64,000 nt of DNA from NCBI RefSeq assembly GCF_009914755.1, contig NC_060947.1; one strand, written 5' to 3'. A model generated the notes under the pieces. That model had not been told where the DNA came from. It did no database searches and saw only the letters and a list, made by a program, of their open reading frames with translations. A program made the translations under genes and the position numbers. Positions 21,430 through 35,673 of this stretch are shown one piece after another. The stretch comes from the human T2T-CHM13v2.0 reference genome, Homo sapiens. Position 1 is the stretch's first letter. Every line of letters begins with the position of its first letter.

Positions 21430-23723
21430 AGAGAGAGAGAAAGAGAAAGAGACAGAGAAAAGAAACTATGTTGTTTAAAATGCCAGCGGAAAGTCCATGG
21501 GGGTGAAAGAGTCCGGCAATGGCCAGGGAGTTAGCAGCTTGGCGTAGTGTCTTCCCACTGTTTTGTCTGTCTTGAGAATAGCATTCAACGCGACTGTGTT
21601 CCCGCAGCAGACGTTAGGCCGCTGCCCACGCCTTGAGTGCCGGACGAGGTCAACATAGGCTTTCCGTCACAGAATATGTTTGGGCAGGAAGATCGGAACA
21701 CTTGGGGCTGGGCCATCTACCGCTCCCCCACGGCACACACGAGTCGTCAGGGAAATGCCCGCCTCTGTGTGTGTTGTACGTGCAGCCTTCTGGGCAGAGC
21801 CGTGGAGAGTTGGACGTAGGCCAGGTGTGAGGAGGAGAGGTGTGTTTGGGGTGGCCACTGGCTCCCTTCCTGCGTGACGTAGGCTGGCGTGGGCTCTTCC
21901 CCCAGCCCCTTGCCGGTGCTGCCACGTGAGAAGGGCCCGGGTGCCGGTCCCGCTATTCCGGAATTGTGGGTTCACCTGAAGTTTGAGGCCAAACCCCCAG
22001 CGGTCAGTGGGACGCCAGTCGCCTTTGACCTCTTGGTCAAGCTGGCCTTGCCGTGACCCGTGAGAATGCCCAAGTGCCAATGTGTCCCGGGGGGCAGGGC
22101 CGGGGCTGGGATCCTAGTGTGTGCCCAGTCTCCTTCTCGTCCCTGCGGGTTCCACCATCCTCCCATCCTAACGCATCGTTAGGGATGCGGTTAGGTCGGG
22201 TCCATCCCCAGGGCGGTCCAAGGGGACCGCTTTCTGGTTTGTCAGGAAGGCAGGCTAGTAAGAAGGGTCCCGCCGAGTCCCATCTGCCAAGGACAGGGTC
22301 CCGCAGGTGGGCCAGGGCTGGCCCAAAGCGGCCGAGATGCTGATCCGCCATGTGCGGGGCGCTGTTGGCGTTTTTTCCTCAGCAAAGGGCGGAGGGAGTG
22401 GACGTGGGGGAAGGGCAGGTGGGCATTTCTGGAGCAATACTGCCATCAAGGGGAACTGGCTTGGCAATCCCGCGCACCCTTCGCTGTGCTCGCCTGGGGA
22501 GGAGTGGCTTGGGACTGTCCTGGGGGACCAGGCAGGACTAGGGCAGGTGCTCGGGACGGATCCGAGGTCTCTGGAGGTCCGAGAGAAGCAGGCTCCGCCG
22601 CGGGGTCGGGCGGTGGAAGCCCCAGAGAGAGGCGCCAGGACTAGCTGGACAGCCAGGACGCCGGGCCGTTCCCGGACAGGAAGCCATGGCTCGGGAGCCT
22701 GGTGGCGGCCATGATCTGGGCGGGACCAGCGGAGGCCTCCGCCAGGGAGCCTGGGCTCGGGGCCTTGGGCAGTTTGCCTGGTGCCCCTTCCCGTGGGAGC
22801 AACCGGGGTGACGGCCTAGCTGGGTCCTCGGCCCGGGAGGCTCCGTCGGCCACACTGCACGCCTGCGGTGTGAGGAGGGCCGACTGCCAGTGCTGAGTTC
22901 CGTGGCCATTGGCGCCGGTGCCCGCCGCTGCTGGCCGGCGCCGGGGCGTTCCTCCTTGCGTCCTAGGGAGGAAGGTGGGCCGCGGGGCATCCCGCGGGGC
23001 CCGTACCCAGACGGTTCTTGACGAGGTGGACGCAAGGCAAGGCCCGGCCCGGCCCGGCCCGGCCCGGCCACCCTCAGACGCCGCGCACCCGCCTTGTTGA
23101 GACTTGCCACCCTGTCTTGTTGTGTCCATGTCCCCGAGGTTGTCTTGGAGGCGGGCCGTTCCCCGTGGTGCTCATTTCTGCCTGGGGGCCTTCCGGGGAC
23201 CCCGCTTGTCTTTGGGGGTGCGCAGGCCCTTGCCCTGCGATCAGAGGCGCACCGACCGATGAGTTCGGTGGCAAAGCTTGAGAAATGGAGACTCTCTGGG
23301 CATCGGCTAAGGGGGCCCGGGGCCTTCCCAGGCCTGCTGGAGTCCGGGAAGCCGGGGGCACCCAGAAGGAAGGACCCGTCGGACTCTGCCTGGGGACAGC
23401 CTGCTCCGCGCCAGAAGGGTCCGCTGCTCAGGCAGCATCCCCGTGCCTCTCCTCCAGTGGGTCCCTCAGGTAGAATCGGGGCAGGCCCCACTGGACGTGC
23501 AGGGAGGAGGCTCGGAGGATGCATCCTTTGCAGGACCCGGTCTGGTACAGCAGCAGACGGAGCCATCTCCCGGGGCTTTCTGGCTTCTCCGAGGGTGTTC
23601 AGGAGTCTCCCAAGTGCACAGGGGCTCGTGCCCAAAGGGTGGAGGTCGGCACCGCTTCGCTCAATTCAGGAGTGGAGAAGGAAGCTAGAGGACCCTCTGG
23701 AGGTGGCAGGTTTAATGTCCTGC

Positions 23724-23754
<31 letters not shown>

Positions 23755-23779
23755 TTTTGTAATCAACTGAAAGAAGGCA
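20819..23779 (+). repeat. Monomer 8 (2961 bp)
   Basis: aagGgg with ctcGGGa; aaggcAagg (23039) and gcttAttt, both shared only with monomer 17. Confidence 0.95.
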
Positions 23780-24354
23780 GAAGGAGTCGATGGGCCTCTT
23801 AGGCCGGAAACCTTACAAGCATAGGACCAAGGCAGAAAAGGTCCAGAGGGTTCATGGTCCTCCGTTCCACCTGAATCCAGCTAGAGAGCGAGCCAGGGGG
23901 ATAGGTGTGCCCCTCGTCGCCCGTGCGCTGAGGCACTGTCACGCAAAGAGACATTCACCTTCCACGTCAACGCACCTTTAAGGGCGAGAGCGGTCCGCCG
24001 TGCCCAAGAGGAACGGGATGACATTCAACTGGGACTTGCCTCACCTTGGCTTGGGGGACCTCGAGAGCAGTCCCGTGGGGGCGGTGTTACTCGTGGTGGT
24101 AGAAGTGGAGGGCGTGTCCGGGTACTTGAGTTCATGGGCATCTCTCCCGCCGCCTCTCAGCCTATCTGCACCATGTCTCACACGTTCAGTTGCAGCTCTT
24201 ACCGTTTTGAAGGCGCACGTGGGCAAGAAGTCCTGGGCAGCACAAGAAAGTCAATCACGTTGAGACAGAGAGAGCAGGAGAGGAAGTGGGCCCCAGTAGA
24301 AGTGGGCGAGAGAGCGTTGGGTGGGAACGTGGCACGAGAGAGAGAAATTATGAG

Positions 24355-24394
<40 letters not shown>

Positions 24395-26681
24395 AGAGAG
24401 AAAGAGACAGAGAAAAGAAACTATGTTGTTTAAAATGCCAGCGGAAAGTCCATGGGGGTGAAAGAGTCCGGCAATGGCCAGGGAGTTAGCAGCTTGGCGT
24501 AGTGTCTTCCCACTGTTTTGTCTGTCTTGAGAATAGCATTCAACGCGACTGTGTTCCCGCAGCAGACGTTAGGCCGCTGCCCACGCCTTGAGTGCCGGAC
24601 GAGGTCAACATAGGCTTTCCGTCACAGAATATGTTTGGGCAGGAAGATCGGAACACTTGGGGCTGGGCCATCTACCGCTCCCCCACGGCACACACGAGTC
24701 GTCAGGGAAATGCCCGCCTCTGTGTGTGTTGTACGTGCAGCCTTCTGGGCAGAGCCGTGGAGAGTTGGACGTAGGCCAGGTGTGAGGAGGAGAGGTGTGT
24801 TTGGGGTGGCCACTGGCTCCCTTCCTGCGTGACGTAGGCTGGCGTGGGCTCTTCCCCCAGCCCCTTGCCGGTGCTGCCACGTGAGAAGGGCCCGGGTGCC
24901 GGTCCCGCTATTCCGGAATTGTGGGTTCACCTGAAGTTTGAGGCCAAACCCCCAGCGGTCAGTGGGACGCCAGTCGCCTTTGACCTCTTGGTCAAGCTGG
25001 CCTTGCCGTGACCCGTGAGAATGCCCAAGTGCCAATGTGTCCCGGGGGGCAGGGCCGGGGCTGGGATCCTAGTGTGTGCCCAGTCTCCTTCTCGTCCCTG
25101 CGGGTTCCACCATCCTCCCATCCTAACGCATCGTTAGGGATGCGGTTAGGTCGGGTCCATCCCCAGGGCGGTCCAAGGGGACCGCTTTCTGGTTTGTCAG
25201 GAAGGCAGGCTAGTAAGAAGGGTCCCGCCGAGTCCCATCTGCCAAGGACAGGGTCCCGCAGGTGGGCCAGGGCTGGCCCAAAGCGGCCGAGATGCTGATC
25301 CGCCATGTGCGGGGCGCTGTTGGCGTTTTTTCCTCAGCAAAGGGCGGAGGGAGTGGACGTGGGGGAAGGGCAGGTGGGCATTTCTGGAGCAATACTGCCA
25401 TCAAGGGGAACTGGCTTGGCAATCCCGCGCACCCTTCGCTGTGCTCGCCTGGGGAGGAGTGGCTTGGGACTGTCCTGGGGGACCAGGCAGGACTAGGGCA
25501 GGTGCTCGGACGGATCCGAGGTCTCTGGAGGTCCGAGAGAAGCAGGCTCCGCCGCGGGGTCGGGCGGTGGAAGCCCCAGAGAGAGGCGCCAGGACTAGCT
25601 GGACAGCCAGGACGCCGGGCCGTTCCCGGACAGGAAGCCACGGCTCGGGAGCCTGGTGGCGGCCATGATCTGGGCGGGACCAGCGGAGGCCTCCGCCAGG
25701 GAGCCTGGGCTCGGGGCCTTGGGCAGTTTGCCTGGTGCCCCTTCCCGTGGGAGCAACCGGGGTGACGGCCTAGCTGGGTCCTCGGCCCGGGAGGCTCCGT
25801 CGGCCACACTGCACGCCTGCGGTGTGAGGAGGGCCGACTGCCAGTGCTGAGTTCCGTGGCCATTGGCGCGGGTGCCCGCCGCTGCTGGCCGGCGCCGGGG
25901 CGTTCCTCCTTGCGTCCTAGGGAGGAAGGTGGGCCGCGGGGCATCCCGCGGGGCCCGTACCCAGACGGTTCTTGACGAGGTGGACGCAAGGCCAGGCCCG
26001 GCCCGGCCCGGCCCGGCCCGGCCACCCTCAGACGCCGCGCACCCGCCTTGTTGAGACTTGCCACCCTGTCTTGTTGTGTCCATGTCCCCGAGGTTGTCTT
26101 GGAGGCGGGCCGTTCCCCGTGGTGCTCATTTCTGCCTGGGGGCCTTCCGGGGACCCCGCTTGTCTTTGGGGGTGCGCAGGCCCTTGCCCTGCGATCAGAG
26201 GCGCACCGACCGATGAGTTCGGTGGCAAAGCTTGAGAAATGGAGACTCTCTGGGCATCGGCTAAGGGGGCCCGGGGCCTTCCCAGGCCTGCTGGAGTCCG
26301 GGAAGCCGGGGGCACCCAGAAGGAAGGACCCGTCGGACTCTGCCTGGGGACAGCCTGCTCCGCGCCAGAAGGGTCCGCTGCTCAGGCAGCATCCCCGTGC
26401 CTCTCCTCCAGTGGGTCCCTCAGGTAGAATCGGGGCAGGCCCCACTGGACGTGCAGGGAGGAGGCTCGGAGGATGCATCCTTTGCAGGACCCGGTCTGGT
26501 ACAGCAGCAGACGGAGCCATCTCCCGGGGCTTTCTGGCTTCTCCGAGGGTGTTCAGGAGTCTCCCAAGTGCACAGGGGCTCGTGCCCAAAGGGTGGAGGT
26601 CGGCACCGCTTCGCTCAATTCAGGAGTGGAGAAGGAAGCTAGAGGACCCTCTGGAGGTGGCAGGTTTAATGTCCTGCTTTT

Positions 26682-26728
<47 letters not shown>

Positions 26729-26753
26729 TTTTGTAATCAACTGAAAGAAGGCA
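23780..26753 (+). repeat. Monomer 9 (2974 bp)
   Basis: Shortened compound GA tract shared only with monomer 18; (TTTA)12; 3' half matches monomer 21. Confidence 0.95.
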
Positions 26754-27325
26754 GAAGGAGTCGATGGGCCTCTTAGGCCGGAAACCTTACAAGCATAGGA
26801 CCAAGGCAGAAAAGGTCCAGAGGGTTCATGGTCCTCCGTTCCACCTGAATCCAGCTAGAGAGCGAGCCAGGGGGATAGGTGTGCCCCTCGTCGCCCGTGC
26901 GCTGAGGCACTGTCACGCAAAGAGACATTCACCTTCCACGTCAACGCACCTTTAAGGGCGAGAGCGGTCCGCCGTGCCCAAGAGGAACGGGATGACATTC
27001 AACTGGGACTTGCCTCACCTTGGCTTGGGGGACCTCGAGAGCGGTCCCGTGGGGGCGGTGTTACTCGTGGTGGTAGAAGTGGAGGGCGTGTCCGGGTACT
27101 TGAGTTCATGGGCATCTCTCCCGCCGCCTCTCAGCCTATCTGCACCATGTCTCACACGTTCAGTTGCAGCTCTTACCGTTTTGAAGGCGCACGTGGGCAA
27201 GAAGTCCTGGGCAGCACAAGAAAGTCAATCACGTTGAGACAGAGAGAGCAGGAGAGGAAGTGGGCCCCAGTAGAAGTGGGCGAGAGAGCGTTGGGTGGGA
27301 ACGTGGCACGAGAGAGAGAAATTAT

Positions 27326-27366
<41 letters not shown>

Positions 27367-29663
27367 AGAGAGAGAGAAAGAGAAAGAGACAGAGAAAAGA
27401 AACTATGTTGTTTAAAATGCCAGCGGAAAGTCCATGGGGGTGAAAGAGTCCGGCAATGGCCAGGGAGTTAGCAGCTTGGCGTAGTGTCTTCCCACTGTTT
27501 TGTCTGTCTTGAGAATAGCATTCAACGCGACTGTGTTCCCGCAGCAGACGTTAGGCCGCTGCCCACGCCTTGAGTGCCGGACGAGGTCAACATAGGCTTT
27601 CCGTCACAGAATATGTTTGGGCAGGAAGATCGGAACACTTGGGGCTGGGCCATCTACCGCTCCCCCACGGCACACACGAGTCGTCAGGGAAATGCCCGCC
27701 TCTGTGTGTGTTGTACGTGCAGCCTTCTGGGCAGAGCCGTGGAGAGTTGGACGTAGGCCAGGTGTGAGGAGGAGAGGTGTGTTTGGGGTGGCCACTGGCT
27801 CCCTTCCTGCGTGACGTAGGCTGGCGTGGGCTCTTCCCCCAGCCCCTTGCCGGTGCTGCCACGTGAGAAGGGCCCGGGTGCCGGTCCCGCTATTCCGGAA
27901 TTGTGGGTTCACCTGAAGTTTGAGGCCAAACCCCCAGCGGTCAGTGGGACGCCAGTCGCCTTTGACCTCTTGGTCAAGCTGGCCTTGCCGTGACCCGTGA
28001 GAATGCCCAAGTGCCAATGTGTCCCGGGGGGCAGGGCCGGGGCTGGGATCCTAGTGTGTGCCCAGTCTCCTTCTCGTCCCTGCGGGTTCCACCATCCTCC
28101 CATCCTAACGCATCGTTAGGGATGCGGTTAGGTCGGGTCCATCCCCAGGGCGGTCCAAGGGGACCGCTTTCTGGTTTGTCAGGAAGGCAGGCTAGTAAGA
28201 AGGGTCCCGCCGAGTCCCATCTGCCAAGGACAGGGTCCCGCAGGTGGGCCAGGGCTGGCCCAAAGCGGCCGAGATGCTGATCCGCCATGTGCGGGGCGCT
28301 GTTGGCGTTTTTTCCTCAGCAAAGGGCGGAGGGAGTGGACGTGGGGGAAGGGCAGGTGGGCATTTCTGGAGCAATACTGCCATCAAGGGGAACTGGCTTG
28401 GCAATCCCGCGCACCCTTCGCTGTGCTCGCCTGGGGAGGAGTGGCTTGGGACTGTCCTGGGGGACCAGGCAGGACTAGGGCAGGTGCTCGGACGGATCCG
28501 AGGTCTCTGGAGGTCCGAGAGAAGCAGGCTCCGCCGCGGGGTCGGGCGGTGGAAGCCCCAGAGAGAGGCGCCAGGACTAGCTGGACAGCCAGGACGCCGG
28601 GCCGTTACCGGACAGGAAGCCACGGCTCGGGAGCCTGGTGGCGGCCATGATCTGGGCGGGACCAGCGGAGGCCTCCGCCAGGGAGCCTGGGCTCGGGGCC
28701 TTGGGCAGTTTGCCTGGTGCCCCTTCCCGTGGGAGCAACCGGGGTGACGGCCTAGCTGGGTCCTTGGCCCGGGAGGCTCCGTCGGCCACACTGCACGCCT
28801 GCGGTGTGAGGAGGGCCGACTGCCAGTGCTGAGTTCCGTGGCCATTGGCGCCGGTGCCCGCCGCTGCTGGCCGGCGCCGGGGCGTTCCTCCTTGCGTCCT
28901 AGGGAGGAAGGTGGGCCGCGGGGCATCCCGCGGGGCCCGTACCCAGACGGTTCTTGACGAGGTGGACGCAAGGCCAGGCCCGGCCCGGCCCGGCCCGGCC
29001 CGGCCACCCTCAGACGCCGCGCACCCGCCTTGTTGAGACTTGCCACCCTGTCTTGTTGTGTCCATGTCCCCGAGGTTGTCTTGGAGGCGGGCCGTTCCCC
29101 GTGGTGCTCATTTCTGCCTGGGGGCCTTCCGGGGACCCCGCTTGTCTTTGGGGGTGCGCAGGCCCTTGCCCTGCGATCAGAGGCGCACCGACCGATGAGT
29201 TCGGTGGCAAAGCTTGAGAAATGGAGACTCTCTGGGCATCGGCTAAGGGGGCCCGGGGCCTTCCCAGGCCTGCTGGAGTCCGGGAAGCCGGGGGCACCCA
29301 GAAGGAAGGACCCGTCGGACTCTGCCTGGGGACAGCCTGCTCCGCGCCAGAAGGGTCCGCTGCTCAGGCAGCATCCCCGTGCCTCTCCTCCAGTGGGTCC
29401 CTCAGGTAGAATCGGGGCAGGCCCCACTGGACGTGCAGGGAGGAGGCTCGGAGGATGCATCCTTTGCAGGACCCGGTCTGGTACAGCAGCAGACGGAGCC
29501 ATCTCCCGGGGCTTTCTGGCTTCTCCGAGGGTGTTCAGGAGTCTCCCAAGTGCACAGGGGCTCGTGCCCAAAGGGTGGAGGTCGGCACCGCTTCGCTCAA
29601 TTCAGGAGTGGAGAAGGAAGCTAGAGGACCCTCTGGAGGTGGCAGGTTTAATGTCCTGCTTTT

Positions 29664-29702
<39 letters not shown>

Positions 29703-29727
29703 TTTTGTAATCAACTGAAAGAAGGCA
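26754..29727 (+). repeat. Monomer 10 (2974 bp)
   Basis: gagatAG start of the GA tract; private gttAccg (28607) and cctTgg (28765). Confidence 0.95.
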
Positions 29728-30302
29728 GAAGGAGTCGATGGGCCTCTTAGGCCGGAAACCTTACAAGCATAGGACCAAGGCAGAAAAGGTCCAGAGGGTT
29801 CATGGTCCTCCGTTCCACCTGAATCCAGCTAGAGAGCGAGCCAGGGGGATAGGTGTGCCCCTCGTCGCCCGTGCGCTGAGGCACTGTCACGCAAAGAGAC
29901 ATTCACCTTCCACGTCAACGCACCTTTAAGGGCGAGAGCGGTCCGCCGTGCCCAAGAGGAACGGGATGACATTCAACTGGGACTTGCCTCACCTTGGCTT
30001 GGGGGACCTCGAGAGCAGTCCCGTGGGGGCGGTGTTACTCGTGGTGGTAGAAGTGGAGGGCGTGTCCGGGTACTTGAGTTCATGGGCATCTCTCCCGCCG
30101 CCTCTCAGCCTATCTGCACCATGTCTCACACGTTCAGTTGCAGCTCTTACCGTTTTGAAGGCGCACGTGGGCAAGAAGTCCTGGGCAGCACAAGAAAGTC
30201 AATCACGTTGAGACAGAGAGAGCAGGAGAGGAAGTGGGCCCCAGCAGAAGTGGGCGAGAGAGCGTTGGGTGGGAACGTGGCACGAGAGAGAGAAATTATG
30301 AG

Positions 30303-30348
<46 letters not shown>

Positions 30349-32645
30349 AGAGAGAGAGAAAGAGAAAGAGACAGAGAAAAGAAACTATGTTGTTTAAAAT
30401 GCCAGCGGAAAGTCCATGGGGGTGAAAGAGTCCGGCAATGGCCAGGGAGTTAGCAGCTTGGCGTAGTGTCTTCCCACTGTTTTGTCTGTCTTGAGAATAG
30501 CATTCAACGCGACTGTGTTCCCGCAGCAGACGTTAGGCCGCTGCCCACGCCTTGAGTGCCGGACGAGGTCAACATAGGCTTTCCGTCACAGAATATGTTT
30601 GGGCAGGAAGATCGGAACACTTGGGGCTGGGCCATCTACCGCTCCCCCACGGCACACACGAGTCGTCAGGGAAATGCCCGCCTCTGTGTGTGTTGTACGT
30701 GCAGCCTTCTGGGCAGAGCCGTGGAGAGTTGGACGTAGGCCAGGTGTGAGGAGGAGAGGTGTGTTTGGGGTGGCCACTGGCTCCCTTCCTGCGTGACGTA
30801 GGCTGGCGTGGGCTCTTCCCCCAGCCCCTTGCCGGTGCTGCCACGTGAGAAGGGCCCGGGTGCCGGTCCCGCTATTCCGGAATTGTGGGTTCACCTGAAG
30901 TTTGAGGCCAAACCCCCAGCGGTCAGTGGGACGCCAGTCGCCTTTGACCTCTTGGTCAAGCTGGCCTTGCCGTGACCCGTGAGAATGCCCAAGTGCCAAT
31001 GTGTCCCGGGGGGCAGGGCCGGGGCTGGGATCCTAGTGTGTGCCCAGTCTCCTTCTCGTCCCTGCGGGTTCCACCATCCTCCCATCCTAACGCATCGTTA
31101 GGGATGCGGTTAGGTCGGGTCCATCCCCAGGGCGGTCCAAGGGGACCGCTTTCTGGTTTGTCAGGAAGGCAGGCTAGTAAGAAGGGTCCCGCCGAGTCCC
31201 ATCTGCCAAGGACAGGGTCCCGCAGGTGGGCCAGGGCTGGCCCAAAGCGGCCGAGATGCTGATCCGCCATGTGCGGGGCGCTGTTGGCGTTTTTTCCTCA
31301 GCAAAGGGCGGAGGGAGTGGACGTGGGGGAAGGGCAGGTGGGCATTTCTGGAGCAATACTGCCATCAAGGGGAACTGGCTTGGCAATCCCGCGCACCCTT
31401 CGCTGTGCTCGCCTGGGGAGGAGTGGTTTGGGACTGTCCTGGGGGACCAGGCAGGACTAGGGCAGGTGCTCGGACGGATCCGAGGTCTCTGGAGGTCCGA
31501 GAGAAGCAGGCTCCGCCGCGGGGTCGGGCGGTGGAAGCCCCAGAGAGAGGCGCCAGGACTAGCTGGACAGCCAGGACGCCGGGCCGTTCCCGGACAGGAA
31601 GCCACGGCTCGGGAGCCTGGTGGCGGCCATGATCTGGGCGGGACCAGCGGAGGCCTCCGCCAGGGCGCCTGGGCTCGGGGCCTTGGGCAGTTTGCCTGGT
31701 GCCCCTTCCCGTGGGAGCAACCGGGGTGACGGCCTAGCTGGGTCCTCGGCCCGGGAGGCTCCGTCGGCCACACTGCACGCCTGCGGTGTGAGGAGGGCCG
31801 ACTGCCAGTGCTGAGTTCCGTGGCCATTGGCGCGGGTGCCCGCCGCTGCTGGCCGGCGCCGGGGCGTTCCTCCTTGCGTCCTAGGGAGGAAGGTGGGCCG
31901 CGGGGCATCCCGCGGGGCCCGTACCCAGACGGTTCTTGACGAGGTGGACGCAAGGCCAGGCCCGGCCCGGCCCGGCCCGGCCCGGCCACCCTCAGACGCC
32001 GCGCACCCGCCTTGTTGAGACTTGCCACCCTGTCTTGTTGTGTCCATGTCCCCGAGGTTGTCTTGGAGGCGGGCCGTTCCCCGTGGTGCTCATTTCTGCC
32101 TGGGGGCCTTCCGGGGACCCCGCTTGTCTTTGGGGGTGCGCAGGCCCTTGCCCTGCGATCAGAGGCGCACCGACCGATGAGTTCGGTGGCAAAGCTTGAG
32201 AAATGGAGACTCTCTGGGCATCGGCTAAGGGGGCCCGGGGCCTTCCCAGGCCTGCTGGAGTCCGGGAAGCCGGGGGCACCCAGAAGGAAGGACCCGTCGG
32301 ACTCTGCCTGGGGACAGCCTGCTCCGCGCCAGAAGGGTCCGCTGCTCAGGCAGCATCCCCGTGCCTCTCCTCCAGTGGGTCCCTCAGGTAGAATCGGGGC
32401 AGGCCCCACTGGACGTGCAGGGAGGAGGCTCGGAGGATGCATCCTTTGCAGGACCCGGTCTGGTACAGCAGCAGACGGAGCCATCTCCCGGGGCTTTCTG
32501 GCTTCTCCGAGGGTGTTCAGGAGTCTCCCAAGTGCACAGGGGCTCGTGCCCAAAGGGTGGAGGTCGGCACCGCTTCGCTCAATTCAGGAGTGGAGAAGGA
32601 AGCTAGAGGACCCTCTGGAGGTGGCAGGTTTAATGTCCTGCTTTT

Positions 32646-32684
<39 letters not shown>

Positions 32685-32709
32685 TTTTGTAATCAACTGA
32701 AAGAAGGCA
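29728..32709 (+). repeat. Monomer 11 (2982 bp)
   Basis: Twin of monomer 2 (cagggCgcc at 31666); GA tract 2 bp longer. Confidence 0.95.
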
Positions 32710-33287
32710 GAAGGAGTCGATGGGCCTCTTAGGCCGGAAACCTTACAAGCATAGGACCAAGGCAGAAAAGGTCCAGAGGGTTCATGGTCCTCCGTTCCAC
32801 CTGAATCCAGCTAGAGAGCGAGCCAGGGGGATAGGTGTGCCCCTCGTCGCCCGTGCGCTGAGGCACTGTCACGCAAAGAGACATTCACCTTCCACGTCAA
32901 CGCACCTTTAAGGGCGAGAGCGGTCCGCCGTGCCCAAGAGGAACGGGATGACATTCAACTGGGACTTGCCTCACCTTGGCTTGGGGGACCTCGAGAGCGG
33001 TCCCGTGGGGGCGGTGTTACTCGTGGTGGTAGAAGTGGAGGGCGTGTCCGGGTACTTGAGTTCATGGGCATCTCTCCCGCCGCCTCTCAGCCTATCTGCA
33101 CCATGTCTCACACGTTCAGTTGCAGCTCTTACCGTTTTGAAGGCGCACGTGGGCAAGAAGTCCTGGGCAGCACAAGAAAGTCAATCACGTTGAGACAGAG
33201 AGAGCAGGAGAGGAAGTGGGCCCCAGTAGAAGTGGGCGAGAGAGCGTTGGGTGGGAACGTGGCACGAGAGAGAGAAATTATGAGATT

Positions 33288-33320
<33 letters not shown>

Positions 33321-35613
33321 AGAGAGAGAGAAAGAGAAAGAGACAGAGAAAAGAAACTATGTTGTTTAAAATGCCAGCGGAAAGTCCATGGGGGTGAAAG
33401 AGTCCGGCAATGGCCAGGGAGTTAGCAGCTTGGCGTAGTGTCTTCCCACTGTTTTGTCTGTCTTGAGAATAGCATTCAACGCGACTGTGTTCCCGCAGCA
33501 GACGTTAGGCCGCTGCCCACGCCTTGAGTGCCGGACGAGGTCAACATAGGCTTTCCGTCACAGAATATGTTTGGGCAGGAAGATCGGAACACTTGGGGCT
33601 GGGCCATCTACCGCTCCCCCACGGCACACACGAGTCGTCAGGGAAATGCCCGCCTCTGTGTGTGTTGTACGTGCAGCCTTCTGGGCAGAGCCGTGGAGAG
33701 TTGGACGTAGGCCAGGTGTGAGGAGGAGAGGTGTGTTTGGGGTGGCCACTGGCTCCCTTCCTGCGTGACGTAGGCTGGCGTGGGCTCTTCCCCCAGCCCC
33801 TTGCCGGTGCTGCCACGTGAGAAGGGCCCGGGTGCCGGTCCCGCTATTCCGGAATTGTGGGTTCACCTGAAGTTTGAGGCCAAACCCCCAGCGGTCAGTG
33901 GGACGCCAGTCGCCTTTGACCTCTTGGTCAAGCTGGCCTTGCCGTGACCCGTGAGAATGCCCAAGTGCCAATGTGTCCCGGGGGGCAGGGCCGGGGCTGG
34001 GATCCTAGTGTGTGCCCAGTCTCCTTCTCGTCCCTGCGGGTTCCACCATCCTCCCATCCTAACGCATCGTTAGGGATGCGGTTAGGTCGGGTCCATCCCC
34101 AGGGCGGTCCAAGGGGACCGCTTTCTGGTTTGTCAGGAAGGCAGGCTAGTAAGAAGGGTCCCGCCGAGTCCCATCTGCCAAGGACAGGGTCCCGCAGGTG
34201 GGCCAGGGCTGGCCCAAAGCGGCCGAGATGCTGATCCGCCATGTGCGGGGCGCTGTTGGCGTTTTTTCCTCAGCAAAGGGCGGAGGGAGTGGACGTGGGG
34301 GAAGGGCAGGTGGGCATTTCTGGAGCAATACTGCCATCAAGAGGAACTGGCTTGGCAATCCCGCGCACCCTTCGCTGTGCTCGCCTGGGGAGGAGTGGCT
34401 TGGGACTGTCCTGGGGGACCAGGCAGGACTAGGGCAGGTGCTCGGGACGGATCCGAGGTCTCTGGAGGTCCGAGAGAAGCAGGCTCCGCCGCGGGGTCGG
34501 GCGGTGGAAGCCCCAGAGAGAGGCGCCAGGACTAGCTGGACAGCCAGGACGCCGGGCCGTTCCCGGACAGGAAGCCATGGCTCGGGAGCCTGGTGGCGGC
34601 CATGATCTGGGCGGGACCAGCGGAGGCCTCCGCCAGGGAGCCTGGGCTCGGGGCCTTGGGCAGTTTGCCTGGTGCCCCTTCCCGTGGGAGCAACCGGGGT
34701 GACGGCCTAGCTGGGTCCTCGGCCCGGGAGGCTCCGTCGGCCACACTGCACGCCTGCGGTGTGAGGAGGGCCGACTGCCAGTGCTGAGTTCCGTGGCCAT
34801 TGGCGCCGGTGCCCGCCGCTGCTGGCCGGCGCCGGGGCGTTCCTCCTTGCGTCCTAGGGAGGAAGGTGGGCCGCGGGGCATCCCGCGGGGCCCGTACCCA
34901 GACGGTTCTTGACGAGGTGGACGCAAGGCCAGGCCCGGCCCGGCCCGGCCCGGCCACCCTCAGACGCCGCGCACCCGCCTTGTTGAGACTTGCCACCCTG
35001 TCTTGTTGTGTCCATGTCCCCGAGGTTGTCTTGGAGGCGGGCCGTTCCCCGTGGTGCTCATTTCTGCCTGGGGGCCTTCCGGGGACCCCGCTTGTCTTTG
35101 GGGGTGCGCAGGCCGTTGCCCTGCGATCAGAGGCGCACCGACCGATGAGTTCGGTGGCAAAGCTTGAGAAATGGAGACTCTCTGGGCATCGGCTAAGGGG
35201 GCCCGGGGCCTTCCCAGGCCTGCTGGAGTCCGGGAAGCCGGGGGCACCCAGAAGGAAGGACCCGTCGGACTCTGCCTGGGGACAGCCTGCTCCGCGCCAG
35301 AAGGGTCCGCTGCTCAGGCAGCATCCCCGTGCCTCTCCTCCAGTGGGTCCCTCAGGTAGAATCGGGGCAGGCCCCACTGGACGTGCAGGGAGGAGGCTCG
35401 GAGGATGCATCCTTTGCAGGACCCGGTCTGGTACAGCAGCAGACGGAGCCATCTCCCGGGGCTTTCTGGCTTCTCCGAGGGTGTTCAGGAGTCTCCCAAG
35501 TGCGCAGGGGCTCGTGCCCAAAGGGTGGAGGTCGGCACCGCTTCGCTCAATTCAGGAGTGGAGAAGGAAGCTAGAGGACCCTCTGGAGGTGGCAGGTTTA
35601 ATGTCCTGCTTTT

Positions 35614-35648
<35 letters not shown>

Positions 35649-35673
35649 TTTTGTAATCAACTGAAAGAAGGCA
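32710..35673 (+). repeat. Monomer 12 (2964 bp)
   Basis: Twin of monomer 3 except ggccGtt at 35115. Confidence 0.95.
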
